Assembly: GCA_020402865.1 (NCBI GenBank)
Contig: JADBYT010000021.1
Location: 7,263 to 71,262, forward strand
DNA length: 64,000 nt
Direction: 5' to 3'
DNA from: Bacteroidota bacterium
GTDB taxonomy: Bacteria; Bacteroidota; Bacteroidia; Palsa-965
Shown: positions 45,238 to 54,318 of the stretch, piece by piece
Position numbering within the stretch: position 1 is the first letter of the stretch
Layout of the letters: each line of letters begins with the position of its first letter
Notes under the pieces: model-generated
What the model was told of the DNA's origin: nothing
Seen by the model: only the letters and a program-made list of their open reading frames with translations
Database searches by the model: none
Translations under genes and position numbers: made by a program

Positions 45238-46491
45238 ATGGAAATTAACCGGCGATTTTTCCTGAAAAAAACTGTATTCACAGGAGCTTTATTGGCATCG
45301 GGCATAAAACTTTCGGCCAAAGAAGCAGATACGGAAGTTCAGGGCGACGATTTATGGGCTTCACTACGTGACGAATTTTACCTTCGCAAAGACCGTATTT
45401 ATTTTAACACCGGAAGCCTGGGGCCAAGTCCGAAAGTAGTGGTAAAAACGCTTAATGAGCTTACGATTGAATTAGAAACAGCTGGCGAAATCAGGCATGA
45501 GCTTACTCTTGAAACCAATAAAAAATTAGCTGCATTTCTTAACTGCGACTTTCACGAAATTGCCGTAACCCGCAACGCTACCGAAAGTTTAAACAGCATA
45601 GCCCGCTCATTGCCACTCGCTGAAGGCGATGAAGTAATTATGACCAAAGACGAACATGTGGGCGGATCGCAGATTTGGGTGGCACTGATGAAAGAAAAAG
45701 GGATCCGCATCAAACTTATCGACCTCGATTATTCGGGCGAGAAAAATCTTGAGCTTTTCCGAAACAGCATTTCAAGCCGCACCAAAGTGGTGATGTTTTC
45801 ACATGTAACCTGCACCACCGGTATGGTACTGCCGGCTAAGGAAATTGTGGAATTGTGCCGGTCGAAGAATATTTACTCCTGTGTGGACGGCGCACAGGCC
45901 GTGGGAATGATTGATGTAAATCTGAAAGAGATTAATCCCGATTTTTATGCAGGAAGTGGTCATAAATGGCTGCTTGGCCCGAAAGGAACCGGAATATTAT
46001 ATATCAATAAAGAATTACTTCCCAAACTTAATCCTGTATATGCCGGCGCAAATTCCGATGAAAAATTTAATCTGTTAACGCAAGAACTTGAGTTTACCCG
46101 AACAGCTCAACGCGAAGAATACGGCACACGCAATACCGCATTAACCCTGGCTTTTGGCAAAAGTATTGATTTTATTATGCAAACAGGTCTTCCCAATATT
46201 GTGCAACGAACAAATTATCTGGCCAGTCTGCTGAAGACCGAACTGCAAAAAAACAAACAGGTTGAGCTGTTAACGCCACTTAATCATCAGTATGCAGGTG
46301 CAATTGTTACTTTCCGTATTAAAGGAAAAGATTACATGCAAATAATCAATCAGCTGCAGCAAGAGTTTTCATTTCGTGTACGGGGTATCTATGAGAATAA
46401 ATTAAATGCCATTCGTATTTGCTGCTCCGTGGTGAATATGGATGATGAAGTAATGAAGCTTGTAAAAGCGATTGAAAAACTATCGCAATGA
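45238..46491 (+). CDS. Twin-arginine (Tat)-exported class-V aminotransferase-fold PLP enzyme (cysteine-desulfurase / isopenicillin-N-epimerase-like).
   Basis: ATG at 45238 gives MEINRRFFLKKTVFTGALLASGIKLSA (RRxFLK Tat motif). Class-V features: FNTGSLGPSP…, TRNATESLN, FSHVTCTTGM, PLP-lysine context YAGSGHKWLLGPKGTGILY. Confidence 0.7.
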   Translation: MEINRRFFLKKTVFTGALLASGIKLSAKEADTEVQGDDLWASLRDEFYLRKDRIYFNTGSLGPSPKVVVKTLNELTIELETAGEIRHELTLETNKKLAAFLNCDFHEIAVTRNATESLNSIARSLPLAEGDEVIMTKDEHVGGSQIWVALMKEKGIRIKLIDLDYSGEKNLELFRNSISSRTKVVMFSHVTCTTGMVLPAKEIVELCRSKNIYSCVDGAQAVGMIDVNLKEINPDFYAGSGHKWLLGPKGTGILYINKELLPKLNPVYAGANSDEKFNLLTQELEFTRTAQREEYGTRNTALTLAFGKSIDFIMQTGLPNIVQRTNYLASLLKTELQKNKQVELLTPLNHQYAGAIVTFRIKGKDYMQIINQLQQEFSFRVRGIYENKLNAIRICCSVVNMDDEVMKLVKAIEKLSQ

Positions 46492-46648
46492 GTAGTGATT
46501 GAATAAGAAACTATTGATTGCCCGATTTTAACACCCGGTGCGAATCCGCATCGTTTTTTTTGCGATTTTTGCAACTATACACTTCGTGTATTTGCAAGAT
46601 TTGCAGAAATCATACTCCTCTAAACCGGCATTAGCCGGAAAACAGATC

Positions 46649-47665
46649 ATGCCAACTTCGTCAGACCGTACTGTTCAGCTCAATTTTATTCAGCGACTCA
46701 AAGAGTCGCTTCCCCCGTCGCGCTCATTTGTTGACGAACTGGCCGATATTCTGGATGTAAGTCCCGACAGTGCTTACCGCCGCATCCGTGGTGAAACGGC
46801 GCTTTCGCTGGATGAGGTAGCCTTGCTGTGCGCGCATTTCCGGATTGCGCCTGATTTGCAACCTCCGGGAGCATCGGGCAATACGGTTACCTTCAGCTAT
46901 CATCATCTGGCTGATAACACGCTCAATTTCGAGCAGTATCTTTCGAATATTGCCAGCGATCTGAAACGGATCAAGGCTTCGGCTAAATCAGAAATTATCT
47001 TTGCGGCCGAAGATGTGCCAATTTTCCATCATTTTCAGTTTCCGCTGCTCTCAGCCTTCAAGGTCTTTTACTGGAGCCGTTCTATTTTGAATACGCCACA
47101 GCTTGATGGCGCCCGGTTTAATCCGGCACTTATCAGCGAAGAAATGATTGCCAAAGTGCGTGAGATATACAATATCTATCTCGAAATTCCATCCATCGAA
47201 ATCTGGTCGGAAGATACGCTCAACAGTACGGTAAAACAGGTAGAATATTACTGGGAATCAGGATTGTTTGCCAGCAAGGAAGATGCACTGAATGTATTGA
47301 ATGATGTAGAACTGATGGTTGCCGGCATTGAAAAACAGGCCGCACACAGTACGAAGTTTCAGGGCGATGTGCCACCGGCTGCCTCGCAGCAAAATTATAC
47401 GCTCTATTGCAGCGAACTGATGATTGGCAACAACTGCATTCTGGTGCGTTTTGGCAACAACAGTGTGTCATACATCTCCTACAACACCTTCAATTCAATG
47501 ACCACTACCAACCCGGCGTTTAATGAAGAAACCGATCGCTGGCTGCGCAACCTGATCCGAAAATCAATTCCAATCAGCGGTGTTTCCGAAAAACAACGTT
47601 TCCGCTTCTTCCGCATGATGAATGATAAAATTGCGAAGATGCGCGAAAAGATTTCGGCCGGGTAA
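46649..47665 (+). CDS. Hypothetical protein with an N-terminal HTH-like segment.
   Basis: The internal Met at 46649 avoids the artefactual hydrophobic leader. Segment FVDELADILDVSPDSAYRRIRGETALSLDEVALLCAHF looks like an HTH. The remaining approx. 280 aa are unrecognised. Confidence 0.35.
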   Translation: MPTSSDRTVQLNFIQRLKESLPPSRSFVDELADILDVSPDSAYRRIRGETALSLDEVALLCAHFRIAPDLQPPGASGNTVTFSYHHLADNTLNFEQYLSNIASDLKRIKASAKSEIIFAAEDVPIFHHFQFPLLSAFKVFYWSRSILNTPQLDGARFNPALISEEMIAKVREIYNIYLEIPSIEIWSEDTLNSTVKQVEYYWESGLFASKEDALNVLNDVELMVAGIEKQAAHSTKFQGDVPPAASQQNYTLYCSELMIGNNCILVRFGNNSVSYISYNTFNSMTTTNPAFNEETDRWLRNLIRKSIPISGVSEKQRFRFFRMMNDKIAKMREKISAG

Positions 47666-47676
47666 TAGACAAGTAT

Positions 47677-50394
47677 TTACCGTATCAGCACCACATGTCC
47701 GAGGCGTGTTTGCGGTGCATTGCCCGTGCAGGTACTCTTGTACGAAAGCCTGTACACATACACCTCATTTTGCGCCATATTAGTTGCGTATGCGCCATCC
47801 CAGCCTGCGGGATCAAACGTTTCAAAAATCAAATCGCCCCAGCGGTTGAAAATAAGCAGGTGATATTCAGTAAGCCCTTCCACTGTGCCGGTAAAGCGGT
47901 CGTTAAGGCCATCGCCATTGGGTGTAAAGCTGTTGGGCATAAACAGCATGGCCTCGCCCAAACTGCCGGTTACCAGAATACTGTCGCGCAGCGTACAGGG
48001 CCCCGTGTTTAGCGTAACTGAATAGTTGCCGGGGGTGGTTACTAATATGGTTTGTGTGGTATCTCCCGTATTCCAGAGGTGAGCCGCACCGGGATATCCG
48101 GCATCAAGTGTAATTCCGTTCAGTGTGCCGCATAGCGATGCATCCGGTCCGAGATTTACAGGCCTTGTTATGTTTACCTGTATGCTGTCGGCATCAGAGC
48201 AGTTTCCTGACACGGTTACGTTTACGGCGTAAAGGCCTGTACTGTCTGCAAGCAGTGTTTGGGTTACATCACCCGTGTTCCAGTTCCATGCGGCACCCGG
48301 GTTTTGTGCATCGAGCAAGAGTGTGGCTCCGGGACAAAGTACAGTATCATTTCCAAGATTTACAACCGGCAACGGAATTAAGGTAAGCTGCATGGTGCTG
48401 CTCAGTGAACAGGGTGGTACAATTACAGTTACCGTATAAAAACCACCGGTGTTTACAGTAATGCTTGCTGTGGTGTCACCGGTACTCCATATATAATGCT
48501 GGCCGGGAACACCGGCATTAAGTGTGGTGCTTTGTCCTGCGCAAATGCTGGTATCGCCAAGTGCGGGAGCCACCGGAAATGTAAGTTGCACGGTATCGGA
48601 AGCAATACAGTTTGCAACCGAAACCGTTACACTATATACACCATTGCTTCCCGGCGATATGGTTTGTGTGGTGGCTCCGGTGCTCCAACTGTAATTAAAC
48701 CCCGGATTGCCCGCATCGAGTAAATACGTTTGCTGCGGCGGACAAATTACCGTATCGCTGCCCAAATCAACCACCGGCTGAGGATGAACGGTTATAACCA
48801 CCTGATGCGTATCACGCCACACCTCGCAACGTGAAGAGTCGAATGCGACAAGTGTGGCTGTGTAAGTTCCCGGCTGAGCATAAACCCAGCCCACAGCCGC
48901 TGCCGACGAGGTATCGGCTAATGTTGCCTGATCGCCAAAGTCCCAGCTGAGGCGTCCGCTTAACCCGCAAAGGCCGGTTGATGAAAGCGCAAAGTGTACC
49001 GTATCTCCCAAACAAACAACGGTATCACAGCTAAACCCGGCACTGGGCGGACTTGGCGTAAAACGCCATAACTCGTCACTGGTATTTGAAAATCCACCAT
49101 AAACCCAGAAATTTCCATCGTAGTCAACCCAGCCTACCCCACCCATATGAACGCCGGGTAACACATTGGGGCCTGGCACCTGATAGGTACCATACACACG
49201 TTGTCCGGTAAAATCTTCGTGAAGCAATGTCCATTGATTGGTGGCTACGTTATAGCGGTATAGCGTTAAATGTGGCGACAAAGGCCCCGGATTGCCGCCA
49301 AACGTATAAAACAAATCGCAATCAGGTTTATTCCCATTCAAGTGCCATTCCGAATCTCTCACCGGGTAATCAGTTGCCGAGGGTACACAAATACCACCGG
49401 ACAGCGGCGTGGGATATACTTGTTGCGCTCCCTGTATTCCCGAAACCCAAGTCCATTCGTTTGTCTGATAATTATACTTCCACATATCATAATACGCCCC
49501 GCCTACTGCGGCATATTCCCCATTACCATAGAGATAAAATTCATCTGCCGTTGATTGCCAGTTGATATATACATTTCTTGTTCCGGGTGTGTTGGCTGCT
49601 GAAGGAACATTCTGAGTACCATACACCGGAGCCACATAACCAACACCCGGATTTCCTTTCACCCATTTCCATTGATTCAATTGCGTATCGTAAGTCCAGA
49701 CTACATCAGACGCGCCTGAAACATTAACCCCTGCTCCACCAAAAAACCATAAGTTCCCGAGTGAATCGCCCCAACCACAATGGTGTTCGGTTAAAGACTG
49801 AGGCAATGTTGTGGGCGTAAACACATTTTGCGGCCCCGGATTACCGTTGGGCATACTTCCCAAACCCGGTCCGTTCATCCATGCCCACTGATAAATACTC
49901 ACGTCGAATTTCCATAAATTCTGACTGCCATTCCCTTCCAGAAGCCAGAAATTACCATCTTTATCAATAAACTCAGTACTTCCGAAATTTACCGGACAAG
50001 GATAATAGGCAGGTGAAAATACCCCTTGCGACACATACGTACCTGCATAAGGAAATACGCCCCACATAGGCCCGTTCATCCATACCCACATACCCAGCGA
50101 TATATCATACATCCACATGTCAGCAAAGGCACATACTCCGAATTGCGGATCCTGGCTTACACCTCCGTGAAGCCATAAGTTGCCCTGATGATCAGTCCAA
50201 CGTGCCGCCTGATAACGAGAGCCAGGTGTATTGGTTGGAGAAGGAAGCCCCATTACTCCATAACTGGCCATCGCATTTGAGGGTTGATTTCCCTTCATCC
50301 ATGTCCACTCTCCGCCCGACTGCGCAAAAACACTTCCGCATCCGATTGAGAGTATGCATAACAGCATACAAAAACTATATCGTATTCTATTCAT
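47677..50394 (-). CDS. Secreted Kelch / PKD / Ig-like repeat protein with a type-B T9SS CTD. This is paralog 4.
   Basis: ATG at 50394 (MNRIRYSFCMLLCILSIGCGSVFAQ). Same architecture as the + strand paralogs. C-terminus FMPNSFTPNGDGLNDRF…LIFNRWGDLIF. Confidence 0.8.
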   Translation of the reverse strand: MNRIRYSFCMLLCILSIGCGSVFAQSGGEWTWMKGNQPSNAMASYGVMGLPSPTNTPGSRYQAARWTDHQGNLWLHGGVSQDPQFGVCAFADMWMYDISLGMWVWMNGPMWGVFPYAGTYVSQGVFSPAYYPCPVNFGSTEFIDKDGNFWLLEGNGSQNLWKFDVSIYQWAWMNGPGLGSMPNGNPGPQNVFTPTTLPQSLTEHHCGWGDSLGNLWFFGGAGVNVSGASDVVWTYDTQLNQWKWVKGNPGVGYVAPVYGTQNVPSAANTPGTRNVYINWQSTADEFYLYGNGEYAAVGGAYYDMWKYNYQTNEWTWVSGIQGAQQVYPTPLSGGICVPSATDYPVRDSEWHLNGNKPDCDLFYTFGGNPGPLSPHLTLYRYNVATNQWTLLHEDFTGQRVYGTYQVPGPNVLPGVHMGGVGWVDYDGNFWVYGGFSNTSDELWRFTPSPPSAGFSCDTVVCLGDTVHFALSSTGLCGLSGRLSWDFGDQATLADTSSAAAVGWVYAQPGTYTATLVAFDSSRCEVWRDTHQVVITVHPQPVVDLGSDTVICPPQQTYLLDAGNPGFNYSWSTGATTQTISPGSNGVYSVTVSVANCIASDTVQLTFPVAPALGDTSICAGQSTTLNAGVPGQHYIWSTGDTTASITVNTGGFYTVTVIVPPCSLSSTMQLTLIPLPVVNLGNDTVLCPGATLLLDAQNPGAAWNWNTGDVTQTLLADSTGLYAVNVTVSGNCSDADSIQVNITRPVNLGPDASLCGTLNGITLDAGYPGAAHLWNTGDTTQTILVTTPGNYSVTLNTGPCTLRDSILVTGSLGEAMLFMPNSFTPNGDGLNDRFTGTVEGLTEYHLLIFNRWGDLIFETFDPAGWDGAYATNMAQNEVYVYRLSYKSTCTGNAPQTRLGHVVLIR

Positions 50395-50593
50395 GCAAAA
50401 TAAATTTGAATTACCTCTCAAATCTATTCCGATAAATTGATCTAATTTGTTTAGCAATTTTGCACTAAACAAAATTTTAAAAAACTGATTATCTGTTAGA
50501 TAAAATGAAATTAATTAGTTTTATCGTAATATAATAGTTATCATCAACAACTAAATCAATTAAATCAGTAAAATGGTAATATTAAATAAATCA

Positions 50594-50620
50594 GAGCCTC
50601 GTGTGTGAGGCTTTTTGTAT
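50594..50620. terminator. Hairpin terminator between two - strand genes.
   Basis: AGCCTC-gtgtgt-GAGGCT followed by TTTTTG on +. The - strand version is followed by TGATTTATTT. It lies about 150 nt after the stop of 50766..54278. Confidence 0.45.
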
Positions 50621-50665
50621 TTCATCCTTTGATTTTGTAATGGCTCATTTTCCTCATCTTGCATT

Positions 50666-50708
50666 GGTATTTTTTGTCGATACTTGGAGAGGATCGACAA
50701 AAAATACC
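50666..50708. repeat. Perfect 16-bp inverted repeat (palindrome with 11-nt spacer).
   Basis: GGTATTTTTTGTCGAT (50666–50681) … ATCGACAAAAAATACC (50693–50708), with spacer ACTTGGAGAGG. Lies in the 294-nt intergenic region upstream of Kelch paralog 4. Confidence 0.6.
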
Positions 50709-50765
50709 AACGATGAGGTGCCCCAAAGACACAAAATTATTAGTAAGTAGTTCCCAAACAGGTTC

Positions 50766-53700
50766 TCAGTGATACACTACTATTTTACGCACAGCCCTTG
50801 CGCCGTTATACTCTACTTCACAGCTATACACTCCGGCCGGCAAGGTACTTACATCAATATTCCGCACCTGTATTCCGGGAGAACATACAGAGCTTTCAGT
50901 AAAGACTGTTTTACCGGTAATATCGCGCAATGTAATTATGGCCTGCGCAGCCTGTAAGACAGTAAATGAAATTGCTGTGGTTTGCGAAGCCGGATTGGGA
51001 GAACAGCTAAGCTGTATTTCATTGCCCGTAATTTCTTCCAGACCAACCGTTGAGATCAATTCAAATCCGTCTATTGCCCAACCATCATCGGCAGGGTAAA
51101 TTACACCCGGATCTGATACCAGTGCAAAGCGGAACTGCACAGGTTGCGGATTACCATTGAGAAAGGTTAGATTATACTCAGACTGAATGTAGGAAGTTTG
51201 CAAGCCTGACCAGCCGGGTGTATTTGAGGCAAAAATAAATGATTGATTATACCACATTACACCAGCCTGATCGTTAAAGACGCCGAGATGAATCCAGTTG
51301 GCTCCGGCATCGGTACTGTATTCGATATAGCAGCCATCGCCACCGGTATCTGTTGAAAATGCATGCCAGAATTTCAGGCGCACATAACTGTTGCCGGAAA
51401 AATCAAAGAATGGCGAGTAGAGATATTCTTTAGCATCCGGCTGGTATGCGCCGCCAAGATTAACCTCCCAAGCATTGGGTGCCGAATGCGCATTAAGAAT
51501 TTGAGGGGCAAGCGGTGTGCCCAGCTGCCATGAGGGTGAAAATGAATTCTGAGGCGTGAAAAACGTCGAAGGCCCGTCGAAATTATCCGAAAACGGAAGC
51601 GGTAGTACCGGTAAGCCCGCAGTTGTAACACAGGCTGTATCGTTACTAAGATTTCCATCAGTTAACAGTGAAGTCCAGGCACAAATGGTATATGCACCTG
51701 CGGGTACAGTAAAAGGCACGGTAAAAGTAAATACCGCTGAGGTGTTTGGCGCCAGTGAACCTGTCCAGGTTTGCACCACAGGTACTGACGATCCGATCTG
51801 ATACTGTACCGGAATTGATGTAAGGGTATTAGCACCGTTATTACGCAGTTTTACTTTCACTGTATGCTGGCTGCCTGCTACAAATGGTGCGGTTGGATCG
51901 GTTATCGCCTCCACCATGGCATCTTGCGGATATATTTCAAAAATGCGCACATTATCAAGCAGCACACCGGAACTGCTTGATAAGAAATTATCCCCAACCT
52001 TCGCTTCAAAATCAATCGCTATTGAAGCCGCTGGAAGAAACGGTGTAAGGTCAAAGCGGTAGGTAGTCAACATAGAAGCCGATTGTGATTGCAAATGCGG
52101 CGAAATCATAACCCCGTTTACCAAAACCCTGAAATACGAGGCCCCGGTCCACGGGTTCGAACTCAAAAAATTATCAAACTCAAGCGCCAGACTGCTATAA
52201 CCTGTGGAATTAACAATTAACCGAAGATTTGAACGAAAGTCACGGTTTACCGATGGCAGCCAGATATAATTGGGTGAGTTCACAAGCGTGTCTGTCAAAA
52301 AATTCCATGTTGTACCTGTTTGTGCATCAAACAAAGCCCCCTGACTACCTGTAATTGCCGCAAAAGGCGATTGGTTTACCTGCCCCCAGGTTGTGTTTGT
52401 GACACAAAAATCATTATACGCTGCCGTTGTCTCGAAACCATTAAAATAAGGGACTGATACAGCTGATTTTGCGTTAAAAATAAACCTGAGTGTGTCGTTG
52501 GCCGAATAGCCATCGTTAACAAGCGACGTATAAAGTGTAATGGTATGAGTACCCGGACTAATATTAACAGGAGTAAGAAACGAATATACCGCAGTTTGTG
52601 CGGGAAGAAGTGAACCTGAAAACTGTTCGGTAACCGGCGCATTGTTATCGAGCTGATAGGAAACCGCTACTGGCCCGTTAATATTCAGCCCTCCGGCATT
52701 AAACAACCGCACGTCAATTGTATTTGAACCTGATGGCACACAATTACTCACATCAGGAGCTTCCAGCACACGCATTTGTATATCCTGCGCAAAGGGTAAA
52801 CTAATCTGAAAGTCATCAATCGAATACCCATCTAAACCGGTTATCGGATCAGACACAAATACAAATCTGAATTGTACAGCATTCGGCATAGAATTAAAAC
52901 TGCTTAACTGATATTCCGAATACACCCATCCATTACTTTGACCAGACCATGCCGAGGAGTTATTGGCATAAATTGAAATATCGGTGTACCAGTTTACCGC
53001 GTTCGGATCGGTCGGTGTGCCCAGCAGGTGCCAGGTGCTTCCGTTGTCTGTGGTGTATTCAATATACATCCCGTCAAGCCCCTGTTCAGTATTATAATTA
53101 TGCCAGAAACTCATACGCGCATTCACGGTTTGCGAAAAGTCGAACACCGGTGTGTACAACTCAGCGCGGGAAGACGACGCATATCCGGTTATCAAATTGA
53201 TATCCCACGCATTTAGTCCTGAATTTGCTCCGGTGGTTAGTCCAAACGCCGGGGCGCCATACTGCCAAACAGACATGCCATTTACCACCTGCTCTGTCCA
53301 GAGCAGGTTATTTACTTCAAAATCATCCATAAACGGAGGCATCAAAGGTGCAGTAGCAATAAATGGTCTGCATCCGGCAGAAGGCTGAACAGCGGTATTC
53401 GCCATTAACGATCCATCCACAGCCATTATATAATAACAAACGGTATCAGTAAAATTTACGGATGGAATATTTCCCACCCAGGTATTTCCCGAAGTATTAT
53501 TCATGCCTGCAACCTGCTGGGGGCCTCCGTTTACAGTGTAATAGACATAAGCCGTATCCACTCCGCTTGTATCTGTAATTTCAGCGGTTATGGGAAATGG
53601 ACCTGATGAATACACACTATTCAGAAACAACGGAATTTGGTAGGAAATTACAGGCGGAGTAATTTCAGACAGGGCGCCGGTAACTTTAATATTGTCAAGC

Positions 53701-54278
53701 AACCAGCCGTATGCCGCTCCCGGGCCGTTGCCATTTCCGTCACTTAGTTTAAAGCGGATTAAAACACCAGCCGCATTTGCGCAAAGGGCCGATAAATCAA
53801 ATGTTTCATGTTTCCACCATGTATTCGAAGGTGCTGTGGCGTCTTGATTAAATAGCCAGTCGGGATAAGATGCCGAACAGAAACGATTATTGATTGCACC
53901 AAATATTCCTGCCCCCAAATAATGAGCACTGGTTACTGCCTGCCAGGTATTACCATTGTTATTGGATACTTCTATACGTGCATTATCCAGAAACTGAATT
54001 TTACAGATCTGATCAAACTCCAGAAATACATAGGGGCTGCCCAGTGTACTGAATGAAATTGTGGTAAGCCTTGAAGAATCATTAAGAGCAACCTGATTAC
54101 GATAACTCAGCAAACCACCAGCCTGATATACTGCGTTGGAACTCCATACCGGATTGCCGGACGAGGCCACAGAATCTGCCGTTTCAAAATCTTCGTGAAA
54201 GACGGTTGTCTGTGCCATTAATAGGCTACAAGCGCATAGGGCTAAAACAAGAAGCGTAATTTTTTTTTGCATTTTCAA
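50766..54278 (-). CDS. Large secreted choice-of-anchor-J / MAM-like multi-domain protein with a type-A T9SS C-terminal sorting domain.
   Basis: 1170 aa with signal peptide. N-terminal HEDFE…W… block. Three MAM-like repeats each with FWH…Y…DG.YIEY(S/T)TD.G..W..LG. C-terminal CTD …ITLRDITGKTVFTESS…LPAGVYSCEVEYNG…IVVYH. Confidence 0.65.
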   Translation of the reverse strand: MKMQKKITLLVLALCACSLLMAQTTVFHEDFETADSVASSGNPVWSSNAVYQAGGLLSYRNQVALNDSSRLTTISFSTLGSPYVFLEFDQICKIQFLDNARIEVSNNNGNTWQAVTSAHYLGAGIFGAINNRFCSASYPDWLFNQDATAPSNTWWKHETFDLSALCANAAGVLIRFKLSDGNGNGPGAAYGWLLDNIKVTGALSEITPPVISYQIPLFLNSVYSSGPFPITAEITDTSGVDTAYVYYTVNGGPQQVAGMNNTSGNTWVGNIPSVNFTDTVCYYIMAVDGSLMANTAVQPSAGCRPFIATAPLMPPFMDDFEVNNLLWTEQVVNGMSVWQYGAPAFGLTTGANSGLNAWDINLITGYASSSRAELYTPVFDFSQTVNARMSFWHNYNTEQGLDGMYIEYTTDNGSTWHLLGTPTDPNAVNWYTDISIYANNSSAWSGQSNGWVYSEYQLSSFNSMPNAVQFRFVFVSDPITGLDGYSIDDFQISLPFAQDIQMRVLEAPDVSNCVPSGSNTIDVRLFNAGGLNINGPVAVSYQLDNNAPVTEQFSGSLLPAQTAVYSFLTPVNISPGTHTITLYTSLVNDGYSANDTLRFIFNAKSAVSVPYFNGFETTAAYNDFCVTNTTWGQVNQSPFAAITGSQGALFDAQTGTTWNFLTDTLVNSPNYIWLPSVNRDFRSNLRLIVNSTGYSSLALEFDNFLSSNPWTGASYFRVLVNGVMISPHLQSQSASMLTTYRFDLTPFLPAASIAIDFEAKVGDNFLSSSSGVLLDNVRIFEIYPQDAMVEAITDPTAPFVAGSQHTVKVKLRNNGANTLTSIPVQYQIGSSVPVVQTWTGSLAPNTSAVFTFTVPFTVPAGAYTICAWTSLLTDGNLSNDTACVTTAGLPVLPLPFSDNFDGPSTFFTPQNSFSPSWQLGTPLAPQILNAHSAPNAWEVNLGGAYQPDAKEYLYSPFFDFSGNSYVRLKFWHAFSTDTGGDGCYIEYSTDAGANWIHLGVFNDQAGVMWYNQSFIFASNTPGWSGLQTSYIQSEYNLTFLNGNPQPVQFRFALVSDPGVIYPADDGWAIDGFELISTVGLEEITGNEIQLSCSPNPASQTTAISFTVLQAAQAIITLRDITGKTVFTESSVCSPGIQVRNIDVSTLPAGVYSCEVEYNGARAVRKIVVYH

Positions 54279-54318
54279 TCTGTGAATTAATTTAATGTAT
54301 GGCTGATTCTTTTTGTCA

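Noticed and set aside
50666-50708. 16-bp inverted repeat as an IS/MITE terminal inverted repeat.
   Set aside because: It is a single palindrome with an 11-nt spacer, not a pair of distant TIRs. No transposase, target-site duplication or second copy is seen in the window.
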